Source of the DNA: Octopus vulgaris
Taxonomy: Eukaryota
NCBI GenBank assembly: GCA_951406725.2
Contig: OX597819.1
Location: forward strand, 35,402,001-35,466,000
Reading direction: 5' to 3'
Length of the DNA: 64,000 nt
Part shown: positions 51,540 to 64,000 of the stretch, piece by piece
How the letters are laid out: each line of letters opens with the position of its first letter
Numbering within the stretch: position 1 is the first letter of the stretch
Made by a program: the position numbers and the translations under genes
Notes under the pieces: model-generated
The model's input: only the letters and a program-made list of their open reading frames with translations
Databases searched by the model: none
What the model was told of the DNA's origin: nothing

Positions 51540-52949
51540 CTGCGCGTGTGCGCGCATGTATGAGGGAGGGGAGGAAGAGTCGGGAGGGGGGTGAATTATT
51601 TATTATATATGCTTTATCTGACAGCTCTCCCCAGGAAGAAAGAAAGAAAACAGATTTACACATAAGCACACACATCACAGGGAAGTTGGTAGATTTTTCT
51701 TTTTATTTTTTTCTTCTTTCTTCCTTTGGGGTTTTTCTTTTTTTTATTTTTTGCTCAATCTTTCTCCCCATCCTCTTTCAAGCCAACATTGGCATATGTG
51801 CATGCAGAGTAAATGTGGCCTTATCACTGCTAAAATGGTGTTAATACTAATCTAAGATTTGTAACTCAAAGCTTTTGTTAGTTACATGAGTGCTTTTATA
51901 GCATTTGTGCTCTAATTGACTCAGTAAACACAAAATCCTTATTGCTCCTCTATGCCTTATGCTGACACTATCACAAATAACAATAGTACGTTTGTATTCT
52001 CATTATCATAACAAGTTTACCTTATTTCCACTGTAATTAATCTCTTTATGAATCTCTTTGATATGAAAATTGGTCAAAGTTTTTGAGGTCGATATATTTA
52101 CTGTAAGTTTATCTTGTCTAGAACTGATCTTTGTTACAAAAATGCTTTTCGGATCAGCTATTAGGCCTTTCCTTTCACCCTGGATGTTCAATGTTTCAAT
52201 CTAGTATAGGAACTTGCTTTGCACATAAAGATTTTGGCTGTACTAGCTATGCACCAAAATGGATTCAACTGGGTTACAGGCATGATAAATATAGCATTTT
52301 TCATACTCATGGGCAAAATTCTGTTTTTTTCTTATCTTGATAATTTTAAAACTTGTTATAATTAAAGCAGAGTAAAATGTGTGTTGTAATTCAGGTTGTT
52401 CACTTGGTAGGATAGATAGCATCTGGGAATCTCTCAAAATTTAATGAAATTGTTCCATGGTTTTATTTATTTCTCAAATTTCTCGTTAGAAAACGAGCTT
52501 GAATATCTTAAGACATGTCCCATAGAGTAGAAATTTGAATTATCTTGTGTCTTGTTTCAAATAATGAGAAATATTCTTTTGTCGTTTGATATGTTTCCAT
52601 TAATGTATTTCAAGAACCTTTATTTTACTCTGTAAATAAAACGTGCACAGGCATGCGCATACACTGACCTTCATTACATCTAATGAAATATTAGCAACCA
52701 GTTTTCATTCTTTTATTCTAACTTGCTAACATCCAGACATATTAAAACACCAAGGCTCATGAGCCAATGATGGAGCCTCTATATGATTCCTCAACCTGCT
52801 AGAAATATTAACCAAATCTCCCTTTAAATTTTATGTTTAAATTGCATTGGTTATTGCACCCTATTATCTTAATAAAAGAGATGCGAGATTAAGAAAAAAG
52901 AAAAAAAGAAGAAAATATGGAATGGTCATGGTTTGGATTCATTTTTTCA

Positions 52950-53363
52950 TGGCACATGACCTGCTGTGCTTGAGGAGACCTATTGAGTAAAGTACATCAA
53001 CATTGAAATAAATATCAAATGGAAATAGTAGTTGTGATACCTGTGCCGGTGGCACGTAAAAAGCACCATCCGAACGTGGCCGATGCCAGCTCTGCTTTGA
53101 CTGGCTTCTATGCCGGTGGCACGAAAAAAGCACCAACCGATCGTGGCCGCTGCCAGCCTCCCCTGGCACCTGTGCCAGTGGCACGTAAAAAGCACCCACT
53201 ACACTACATGGAGTGGTTGGCGTTAGGAAGGGCATCCAGCTGTAGAAACACTGCCAGATTAGACTGGAGCCTGGTGCAGCCGCCTGGCTTCCCAGACCCT
53301 GGTCGAACCGTCCAACCCGTGCTATCACGGAAAACAGACATTAAACGATGATGATGAAGATGA
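52950..53363 (+). mobile_element. SINE-like family B
   Basis: Family B core, three GGCACG.AAAAAGCACC units and a (GAT)n tail. Confidence 0.8.
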
Positions 53364-54153
53364 TACTCCACCAGGGGTTACATGGTACTAAATACCACCA
53401 TCATCATTCTAAATTCACCTTCTTTCCTATTTAATCAATACAAAGACAGAACATGTCTTAAATGTTGTTACATCAATTACCATGCTGGACCTTACTTAAC
53501 TGTTTATTAATTATTTTCTCAGTTTGGTAGCTTATGACCACCTAGACATGTGGAGTTTGAAAATAGGAGAGAAAAGAGAGTTGCAACACAACAATTGCAT
53601 CTTCATCAACTAAGCTGGTGCAGATGATCAGAATAATCACATTGGGTTGCAGATAATGGATTACACTATTTTTTCAAGGTTGCAAGCTACTTTGCTTCTG
53701 CATTTGTTTGCGTTACATCTATCTTTCTACACTAGTATAGGTTAGATAGACGCTTATTTGAGACAGTATTTCACAGCTGGATGTTCTATCTATAGCTAAC
53801 CCTTAACTGTTTTGCAAAATAAGAGGATGTTTTTTTTTTTTAATTTAAAAGAAAAAAATTTCCATTAAACTTCAAAACCGCAGAGCTACAGGACATTGTG
53901 TTCACCATGAATGTAAACACGATGACATCATTTTTAACTCAGGTAATCTCATGCAAAGAAGTGGAAGTGTCAACTTAATACACACTCATACTCATACATT
54001 TCTTATCTATCCATCTCTTTCACTATAAATTTATATAGAAGTACATGTATATATACACATACTTTTACTATTAGATTTAATAATCATTTTCCTTAATCTG
54101 GATGTATACTTCTTTATATACACTTGTGTTGGCTTACTCATTGGTAATGCTTT

Positions 54154-54157
<4 letters not shown>

Positions 54158-54196
<39 letters not shown>

Positions 54197-54338
54197 GGTC
54201 CCGGGTTGAGTCGGGGTTAACCACAGTAAATAAGGTACTCAATACATAGCAGAGTAAATTAATTTATTATATAGAATTTATTATATAGAAGGAGCTTGAA
54301 TGAAACAGTTCTAGTCCTGTAGAAGCTCCTTCTATATA

Positions 54339-54405
<67 letters not shown>

Positions 54406-54665
54406 TAAATCTAATTCTTTCCGCAAATAAATTGCACTTCATATTAGGCTCTGATGAAGCTATAAAATGTTACCCAAGCACTCAACTATGAGTCCACAGC
54501 ATCTTATAGCAGAAACAGCTGTAAGCTAATGAAGTTAATCAGATAATTGTATATTCCTTTGTCATTTCATTTTTCTTATTACTGTTCTATACTCATCTAA
54601 CACTTCGTTCTGAAACATATATACACTGAGTTCTACACCAGGTTATTTGACTTGCAATGCCAAAG

Positions 54666-54728
<63 letters not shown>

Positions 54729-54745
54729 AAGAGAGAGAGAGAGAG

Positions 54746-54798
<53 letters not shown>

Positions 54799-54800
54799 GG
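54158..54800. mobile_element. two short Penelope-like elements (~54194-54342 and ~54402-54668) embedded in (TA)n tracts
   Basis: Each is bounded by (TA)n; the first ends in a 22-bp inverted repeat and the second carries a hammerhead motif. Confidence 0.55.
54436..54535 (+). ncRNA. type I hammerhead ribozyme (predicted cleavage after GUA, 54523)
   Basis: GCU-CUGAUGA(54451-57)-A-GCUAUAA...UUAUAGC-A-GAAA(54512-15)-CAGCUG-UA-AGC; extended stem I ACUUCA/UGAAGU; palindromic stem III ACAGCUGU. Confidence 0.7.
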
Positions 54801-55107
54801 TAGTGGGTAGCGATTTTCTTCAATACTTCAGGGAGTGACGGAATTATAAAAAATACCTTACTAGAAAAGCAAGTAGCCTCGCCATAAATTCCAACCTTAA
54901 ATAATTCCCCATGTAACCCATATTAGCATGTAAAAATATAAAATGAATGATGTGTGTATGTGTATGAAACTTGTAGCAAAAGTTTTATTTTGAGCTACAC
55001 TCGACCACAATCCACTGCTTTTTGGGAAATTTTGCTTTACTTTATATGAAACTAGTAGAAATACCTGGCCTTGCTCGGGATTAACATGGCATAGTTTTTT
55101 TTATTGT

Positions 55108-55364
55108 TTAACTTGTTTCAGTCATGTGACTGCAGCCATGCTGGAGCATGGCAGCTGGTCGAACATGTTGAGCACAGGATTTATTCTTTGTAAGTCTAGT
55201 ACTTATTCTATCAGTCTTTTGTCGAACTGCTAAGTTATGAGAATGTAAACACAGCAACATCAGTTGTCAAGCAATAGTGGGGGGTACACACACACACACA
55301 CGCGACAGTCTTCTTTCAGTTTCCGTGTACGGAATCCACTCACAAGGCTTTGGTTGGCTTGAGG

Positions 55365-55368
<4 letters not shown>
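55108..55368 (-). mobile_element. partial SINE A
   Basis: Reverse-complement homology to family A. Confidence 0.75.
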
Positions 55369-55408
<40 letters not shown>

Positions 55409-55468
55409 GATAGATAAATAGATACACACACACACAATGTATAAGATGTACCCAGAGTAACCTATGGA

Positions 55469-55505
<37 letters not shown>

Positions 55506-55588
55506 AGATGAGGGCAAATATCTGTTGAATGTAAATAATGTACATAATTCCTCGTCTCTTAAATATAGAACTATACATATATATATAC

Positions 55589-55619
<31 letters not shown>

Positions 55620-55689
55620 CATATATATATATACATACATATATATACACACATAAATATACATCCATACATACATACACACTCATAAA

Positions 55690-55952
55690 TATATATATAC
55701 ACATATATATTCTCATATATCCATATATATATATACACATATATATTCTCATATATCCATATATATATACACATATATATTCTCATATATCCATATATAT
55801 ATACACATATATATTCTCATATATCCATATATATATACACATATATATTCTCATATATCCATATATATATACACATATATATTCTCATATATCCATATAT
55901 ATATATACACATATATATTCTCATATATCCATATATATACACACATATATAT

Positions 55953-55960
<8 letters not shown>
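55690..55960. repeat. 30-32-bp AT-rich minisatellite (ATATATACACATATATATTCTCATATATCC), ~8-9 copies
   Basis: Read directly. Confidence 0.9.
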
Positions 55961-55990
<30 letters not shown>

Positions 55991-56573
55991 TATAATTAGG
56001 GTTCAGCTAACTGCTTCACCACATACTGAAATCAGAAATAGGAGTTAAATATTCCTTTTCTGCTAAGTCAGCTGAACCCTAATTATAATTATGTGGATAA
56101 TTTTACCTATAAAAGTTATTTTAATGTACCGATCTACTTGGTAAAATTGTTAATAAATTGATTAATTAACTAATTAATTTAATTAATAAATTTTACCCTT
56201 CTATTATTAATTTAAAATTATATATGTATATATGTACAAAGATATAAATATATACATACATACACACACACATATACAAACATGCAAATAAATACATAGT
56301 GAAAGTAATTGAAATTGAAACCATTTAATAGTGAAACTATTATATCATTACTATAGAGATTGTTTCACTTTTGACACGTACTCCTGAAACAGTGTAAGAG
56401 ATAATAAGTTGCTCTGGGCTTATATTAGGCAAAAAGTTCAAAATTTCTTTGGCCCATGACACTCTATGGATCCTAAGTAAAACATATAAAATTTGAATGG
56501 AATCAGGTGGATAGTTCTCGAGTTTTAGTGATGCACACATACAGACATAGTCAGATAGACATACATTACTTTT

Positions 56574-56965
56574 TTACTCTTTTACTTGTTTCAGTCATTT
56601 GACTGTGGCCATGCTGGAGCACCACCTTTAGTCGAGCATATCGACCCCAGGACTTATTCTTTGGAAGCCTAGTACTTATTCTATTGGACTCTTTTGCCGA
56701 ACCGCTAAGTTACGGGGACGTAAACACACCAGCATCGGTTGTCAAGCGATGTTGGGGGACAAACACAAACACACACACATATATATATATATACATATAT
56801 ATACGATGGGCTTCTTTCAGTTTCCGTCTACCAAATCCACTCACAAGTCTTTGGTCGGCTCGAGGCTATAGTAGAAGACACTTGCCCAAGGTGCCACGCA
56901 GTGGGAGTGAACCCGGAACCATGTGGTTGGTAAGCAAGCTACTTACCACACAGCCACTCCTACAC
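56574..56965 (-). mobile_element. full-length young SINE family A
   Basis: Reverse-complement homology with CpGs intact. Confidence 0.9.
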
Positions 56966-57761
56966 ATTCTCAGTTTTATATGTATAGATTTAATCTGGTA
57001 GTTTTATGAAGTTCATCTCCATTATAAATATTTTGAGGAGCTGAAGTCTGTTGGTTTTGTGAAACACTACTTTAAACTAAGTCTCTGGAACAGACAGTTA
57101 TTAATTAATTTGCTTGGTATAAATCTCTAGTAGTTGCTTCTGTCCAAAACTTTGGTCTTACAGCTACAGAGGGATATGACCTTATAACTTGAGAAGAAAA
57201 TGTGACTGAAACTTTATCAGTGAGACAAGAAAGACTAGAACTGGAAAAGTCAGAGATCAAATGTAATTCTCCCCTTTCTCAATGCACACACTTGCCTATG
57301 GTATATCTCCAGTTAATTACTCTGGCAAGAAGGGTGTTAGCTTGTACATGGAATCCAAAGGTTAAGTCAGTGTCTTAGATGACACACAGCATGATATTTT
57401 ATAGGTGTTCATTGAATGAAAAGAAATAGGAAATTCTTATCTACCAAACTGAATTGAGCTCAAGTGTTCCTGTTCCAGATAACACCATACTGATAAACTT
57501 CGCTCTGCTACAATAAATTTTAAAAGGGGTAAAATTATGTCAAATTTTAGCTTTCAATATAGGAAAATATGGCACCATAAATTAGTAATTTTGTTACTAA
57601 CTGTTGATTGAACAGGTACTAGAATGTCACCTGGTTTAGTTATTTACTTTAAAGAGATAAAATGTCAAAGTTTTCAGTGATTTCTGTCTGTCTGTTTCTC
57701 TCTTTCTCTTTCTCTCTCTCACACACACACAAATGTATAGATCTGTATGTATGTATGTATA

Positions 57762-57795
<34 letters not shown>

Positions 57796-60334
57796 CCTCC
57801 CTGCTTCCATTTCCTGAGCGCCTATTAATAATAATACTGTAATTGTTCCATTGTTGTTGTTTTTTTGTTTTCCCGTTTGGATTAAAATTATATATATATA
57901 TACACACACATATATCAATTTTTAAGTTCTTTTCCCTGCTTGTCTGGTTGGTGGTTGGATCTAGTCAATGTTATCTAATACTCGTAGCAACATAGAACAT
58001 GGTATATGGCACTCATTGTTGAGTGCCATATACACACCTTCTTTCATGACTCATTTTTACAAGAATTTATTCAGTCATTACTGGTCATTTCCCCTTGGTA
58101 CCCCGATAGCTATCTTGTCAGCTTATATTCAGAAAGATGAAAATGATATCTTGACTATTCAAGCTATCAAGTTTCGCTGGATTTCTTTTACCCATGCAAT
58201 GTAGAGCCTCTCATTTTCAGCCTTTCAAATTTTCTTTTTGGTCTCAACGTTTATTTCTGAAACCTTGTTTGCGCCAAATGTCTCTTATAGTGCTGTGCCA
58301 CTCTATGCTGTATTATATGACAAAGAAGACACTCTGTCACACACTCTCTCTCATACATGCTCTCACCTACAACAACAATATGAGTACATTATTACTCATA
58401 TGGCATGTTGGCTTGAAACTGTCATGAACTCATTTTACCTCTCATTCTTGCTGACATTCTCTCAATACACAGCAGGGGAAGAATTCTCTTATTCTAATCT
58501 TTTTACATCAGTTCAGTACTGTGAAAATGTTCTCTCACGCAGACGCAGACATATATTCTCCACATAAGTACATTCTCCCTCACACATGTGTGCTAGATAC
58601 CGAAAGGAACATGCTTTTATGCAGATGTACACATTGTCCTGTTCATATAATACATTATGACACAACACATAATCATTTTATATTGATGCTTGAAATTCAT
58701 ACCATTTCATATTAATTTTTCTGCAAAACATTTGTGTTAAAATGAACTTTACCATATCTTTATGATGGGCAAACATTTTGTAATAACTGCAGTTATGTCT
58801 ATCCTGTAGTTTTATATTTCTTGTTTTAATCCATTCTAATCAAAATAGTTTCATTAATGAAATAAAACCAGTTGTGAGATCTCATACCACCAGTCAATTT
58901 AAATTCTATTACTGAAATTGTGTCATTTTCATTTGGTATGACTAAAACCCCTTTCTGTTGCCAACAACTTTATGGGTATAATAGATTAGGTATACATTAT
59001 CACACCACCACTGTTCTAGAGATTGTCTCTGCAGCAAGATTGAAGATTCCCCTCTACGTTGTATTAGCTTTTAGTTGTAGCTGCTACTCCTACTCACAAG
59101 ACTGGCTATGTATGTAAATGATAGGCTCTTGTGTTGATTTCAGTGCATGAGCATCCAGTTGTTTGATCAATTGGACAATCAGCTCATTGAATTAGAATGC
59201 AAAGTGGCTGAGTATTCTGCAGACATTTGTACTGAGAACACAATTCTCAAATAGAATCAGCATAGAACAGAGTATGCCAAAGGCTGACTGAACTTTTGAG
59301 TTACAGGTACTGGCCATCTGGTGGGCTTCTGAAGTTTCCAGTATATATGTGTATACATATGTACGTACACACATACACACACATGCGTGCATGTGTGAAT
59401 GAATGGTTTACTTTTTATTTATATATACTGTGTTGCACAAACTTTGCAACGCTCTTTATTACTATTTTTCTCCTTTGAGTCATTTCATCTGGATAATGCC
59501 AATTTCTAAGCCACTTCTGCCCTAGCTATTATCTTCAGTTAAACATCTAACTGTTTATTCTTCTTTATCATTTGTTCCCTTCTCATTATATATGTGCAAT
59601 TGTAATTTGTATATTCATTGATTGATGCCAGTCTGACTATATGATAGCCAGTTGTTTATGTACATCTGGTTCATACTTTGCTTATTCTTGTTCAAGTGTT
59701 GTGGTTTATCCCATAAAGTATCTTACCTCTTGTATGATTCTTTCAAATGAATCTACGGCTAAAATTAACATTTCTTTATTCATTGTAGTTATTCATTTAC
59801 TCGAGTTCTTTGCATGTCTAGTAATTGTATTTCAGTGACAGTATTTCCAAGTAATTTTAATATCATTCAATCATTTTTATTTGATTAGAAACATTCCATG
59901 AATTTTTATTATTTTTTTTTTGTATTCTTTTTGTATCTATTTCCATATAATTTTCCTCAAGAATTTTAAAATCATTTTACTATTTTATCTTTGATAAAAT
60001 AATAATAATAATTAAAAATAATACAGATACTACTATTACATTTCCACCCACAATCTCCAAGTATCAGATTTCTTAAATATCAGTAACTAGTCTGTTCTTG
60101 AACAGTGATTTATATATTGTGTTTTAAATCTTTCAGGAATGTTATATCATCATACACATTTAAACAGAGTTTTCATCACTATGTTGTCATTTGAATCAAA
60201 TTTATTAACATTATAATCATTATCATCTAGTTTTTTTTCTCTTTCTTTTGGTAACATCATTATTACATAGTTATCTTTGGGGCTATTCTTCTTGAAATAA
60301 TACTATCATTGTGTTTTTTTTTCTTTTTATTCAG

Positions 60335-60421
60335 GATGATTCTGAAGAATATGACTCAAAGTTAGATTTAGAAGAATTATTAAATTTAGAAACAGACAGT
60401 GAAAGAAGATGTTATGCAATG
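60335..60421 (+). CDS. PPP1R14: internal coding exon of a PKC-activated PP1 inhibitor (CPI-17/PHI-1/KEPI, PPP1R14 family)
   Basis: Acceptor ttttttttttctttttattcag, donor ATG|GTAAGT, 87 nt in phase 0/0. LDLEELLNLETDSER aligns by eye with INIDELLELESEEER (CPI-17) and IDIDDLLDADSDEER (KEPI), recalled as a similar-sized phase-0 exon 2. Flanking exons not found in the window. Confidence 0.75.
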
Positions 60422-60589
60422 GTAAGTAACAATTTTAATCTTAAAACTGATAAATATCACTTTATTTTCTTTTACTTTGATTAACCAAACAATAATTTTC
60501 CTTTTCTCTATTTAGTATAGACAATTTCTTATTATTGTTGGGTCCACTACGCAAGTGGACCCAACAGAGGGACAAGCTTTTCTAGTTAA

Positions 60590-61250
60590 TAGCCATATAG
60601 TAATATGGTTGAATGTATTTTTAAAGAAACAAAGTCAAAGAGAACAACTGCGTCATCAAGGATAATTGCTGAGATATTGAAAATATCTGGCAAAGTAAGA
60701 TATTTAATAGGTATTAGTAACTTGTATAAATCAATTGGAGAGTATAGGAAGGTATTATCTCCAGTGACTGGCATTGTAATATCATCAACTGCTATAAGAG
60801 CAAAAATACTCTTTTGTAGTTGCTTTAGAAGGAAGCAACTACAGAAGCATCATACTGATGGACCAGATTATGAAAGTAGCAGAAAGAATTAGCTTAGATG
60901 AAATGCATTTTGAGTTTGTGTTAGGATGGAGTAGAACTGAAGCCTTCTTCTTAGTCAGACATATACAGAGTAAACCTTGATTTGGAGAAGACCTTTGTTA
61001 AGGTTCATCTCTGTTGTACGATAGTCATTTAGAAAACTAGGTGTTGGTGAAATTTGTGCAAGCTGTGTACAGAGATACTGTCTGCAAAGTGAGAGGTCAC
61101 AATGAGTGCAGCAGGTAAGAAAGTATCTAGTGTTTCAAGTAGAAAAACTCTGCAGAAAAGGACGACCAAAGATGATTTGGGAAAAGTAATGAAAGTTGAT
61201 CTCAGGATGTTGAACATCCTGAAAGAGATGACAAAGGACTTCAATTAGTT
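60590..61250 (+). mobile_element. highly decayed RTE LINE reverse-transcriptase fragment
   Basis: Across frames: SDWHCNIINCYK, YRSIILMDQIMKVAERISLDEMHFEFV, DLEKTF, RKLGV, VQAVYRDTVCKVR, VMKVDLRML. Confidence 0.7.
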
Positions 61251-62535
61251 GCAAAATACTATACTAGTGAAGACCTGCACAAACATGGAAAAATAGGGGT
61301 AAATTGATGATTTTTAACTTGGAGAGATTATTTACCTGTTTGCAATTATTATTGGATGGCTTAAGAAGTCTAATAAGAAACTGAGCAGTAAGGTAACCTT
61401 CTTATCCCACAAACTAAACTTACTGACATGGCAATGAAGTTTCCTTCAACAATTATTAACATTTAAACTAATCAAAAGTGAACTTCATTTGGGAACTTCA
61501 TCTGGGAACAGCTCTCTTCCATGCTATGTCCAAACTACATCTAGGTAACAATTACAAATTTGATTGGAAATTCTGCATGGAATTTAATGAGCAAGTAATT
61601 ATAAAGATGGGATTTCCTGAAAGTGAGGTAGTAAGGAATGTCCTGAAACTGTGCTAGTAAGAGATATGTCCTGTGTGGTTGTAAGGATTGTGTTACCAGG
61701 AACTTTCCATTTTCCCAGTTGATCATTCTATTGGAAATAATTGAAGTTCACTGCAAATCAATCAGTTTCTTATAAGTTAGTTTTGTGTCAAACTACTTGA
61801 GTCACTCAGTTTTGAGTAAAAACATGTGGTAGTTCACATAAGATTTTATACAATAAATTATCTAAATTACAAAGTTATATGCTGGGTACTCATATTCATT
61901 GAATTTGGGTCTTCTACTGGATGTGTGCATATACTTTGGAAGACAATACAATTTCTAATACATTATATCAGTGTTGTTTATAACAATAGCTACCTAAATT
62001 AGATAAAATCAAGAATATTTTATTAATTTATACTTTTTACATACCTTTCTTCAATGGCATTTAAATTATTTTCTGACTCATACTAATAATTTGAAATCAG
62101 CCCTGACAAAAATTAGGATTAATCTGAAGCAAAAACATTATTACATGTCATTGAGTATAAAACATTTAAAGAGTATACCTAATGCAAAATACGAAAATTA
62201 TGGTCAATACAAATATTTGATTTCTGTCAACACTTCCAGTATTAAATTCTATTTGTGGAGTGCATACATATGTATACTTTGATAGTAATTACTGGCAGCA
62301 TAGGGATTGTCTGTAATAATTGGTGTTTTATCACAATAGGAGTGTATATTAGCCAGATGATGTCGCTTTGAAGACTGTCTTTAATTATCAAATATATAAA
62401 AGCATGAAAAATATTGAATCATCTGGGAACGGATGAACTATGGACGTCCTTTCAAAACTACGGCTTAGTCTCTGATAGAGAATCGAGTAGTAGTAGTAGT
62501 GGGGCTGCAACTACTGATGAACTTGGAAAGTGATA

Positions 62536-62624
62536 ATGAAATAGGATATTTGGTGCACCTATCCTATGAAATAGGATATTTGGTGCACCTATCCTATGAA
62601 ATAGGATATTTGGTGCACCTATCC
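62536..62624. repeat. perfect 30-bp tandem repeat x3 (ATGAAATAGGATATTTGGTGCACCTATCCT)
   Basis: Read directly. Confidence 0.95.
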
Positions 62625-63504
62625 AAGCTGCAAGTTGCAGTGAGGTCTCGTGTTTTGGCTGTAAGTTGGCTGAGTTGATAACATAGATTGAATAATTTAA
62701 TCTACATTGCTCCAGTTCACTTAGTTGAAGAGAATAGGCGCCAGATTTCGTAATCACGCATTGACAATGCATAAGATAACAGGTAATTTGACTAAGTATC
62801 TATTGTCTGTGTATGATGTAAATATTTATTCCATGACTAATAGATTGATTTCAGGATATTTTCAGTCTGTCTTACATTTTTTTCTAACTTGATAAATAAA
62901 ATTCCTTTGAGTCTTAAAAGGAAGTTTAATAAACTTTTTGCATCATATCTTTTCCAGTTCTGTCGAGGTCTCTAGGAGCAATACGTAGTCCAGCTATTAT
63001 TATCTGGCAATATATTATTTTTACAGTTTTACATTTGCTGCCATTCAACACAAAAATTTTAGTACTCAGAAAACTTGTTCCTGGTGCCAAAACATAATAT
63101 AGATTTAAAAAATTACAACAGTATAACTTTAGAAAATATCACTTTATTACAAAAAAAAAAATTGCCAAAATGTGTTTGAAATGTTGTGGGATAAATTTGG
63201 GAGACAGCATTTAACAGATCAAAGATCTAGGATTAGTCAATTGTGTGGATGCTTTAATAAAATTCATGAGCTACTGCTAATATACAAACAAAAATATTCC
63301 AATCTATGTCTTGGCTGTTATAGTTCTGGTAGCGAATTAGTTATTACAATTAAATTACAATAATTTATTACAAAAAAATTACCAGTCTTATACTGAAGTG
63401 GATTTCTCTCTGTCTCCCTCACTCTCTCAAAGAAATTGGCTATGGTCTGACCTGGAGGAGATAGGCTCCAGCAAATTAATAAAAAAAAATGTCCAATACA
63501 TGCT

Positions 63505-63927
63505 GTGTTGTAAGCATTTGTCTTATGAAGAAAGGCTGAAGACACTCGACCTTTATTCTCTAGAAAAACGATGATGCTGTGGTGATCTCATTCTTGCTCA
63601 CAACATCATAAGCGGAAAGTGTAACCTCTCGAAAGAGCTGTTCTTCACTCCTGCTCCAGAGCGTCGGCTGCGGGGTCACTCCGAAAAGCTCTATCTGTGA
63701 CGATTTCATCTCATTCGAAGGAGAGGGGCTTTCTCCGTCCAGGTTGCGGATCCGTGGAATAAGCTGCCGGACGAGATAGTGAAGATGCCGACGACCGCTC
63801 GGTTCAAAGTCTCTCTTGACCAGAAATGGCCTGAACTCTTTGTATGATCACCCTCTCTGTACATAACTCCCTGTCCCCCTACATGGCCTTGCTTTTTGCT
63901 TTTTGAGCCAAAAAATTAACTTAACTA
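63505..63927 (+). mobile_element. CR1-group LINE 3' end
   Basis: LSYEERLKTLDLYSLEKR..GDLI...LRGHSEKL...FS.....WNKLP...FKVSLD with internal stops; TTAAC-repeat tail. Confidence 0.85.
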
Positions 63928-64000
63928 TAGCTCTCTCATTACAATTCCACCCACAGAAGAGCACCCATAACACAATGTAGCTGTTATGGTGGCTAATGTA

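Noticed and set aside
60422-63500. Search for the next PPP1R14 exon (acceptors near 62957 and 63026)
   Set aside because: Phase-0 reading hits early stops and shows no family similarity; the exon is probably beyond the window

Overview
AT-rich eukaryotic genomic DNA, dense in microsatellites, SINEs, MITEs and LINE relics. The repeat families look like those of Octopus (inferred from recall, not searched). Almost all ORFs in the track are spurious. The only well-supported host coding sequence is an 87-nt phase-0/phase-0 exon at 60335-60421 (+), DDSEEYDSKLDLEELLNLETDSERRCYAM, which resembles exon 2 of the CPI-17/PHI-1/KEPI (PPP1R14) PP1-inhibitor family. Most of the window is therefore probably one very long intron. 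Most interesting signals: (1) several hammerhead-ribozyme motifs in Penelope/retrozyme-like elements, namely a near-intact type I hammerhead at 54436-54535, a minimal hammerhead with a swapped G3-C8 core pair at 30415-30465 (-), and a decayed 276-bp tandem unit with one hammerhead per unit at 41127-41975; (2) a juxtaposed 3'/5' splice site at 8710/8711, a candidate recursive-splicing ratchet point; (3) a 16-nt exon at 38625-38640 that is either a poison microexon or an alternative first exon giving a truncated inhibitor; (4) long inverted repeats that could form ADAR substrates. No prokaryotic features and no CRISPR array. Repeat-family letters (A-H) are my own working labels.
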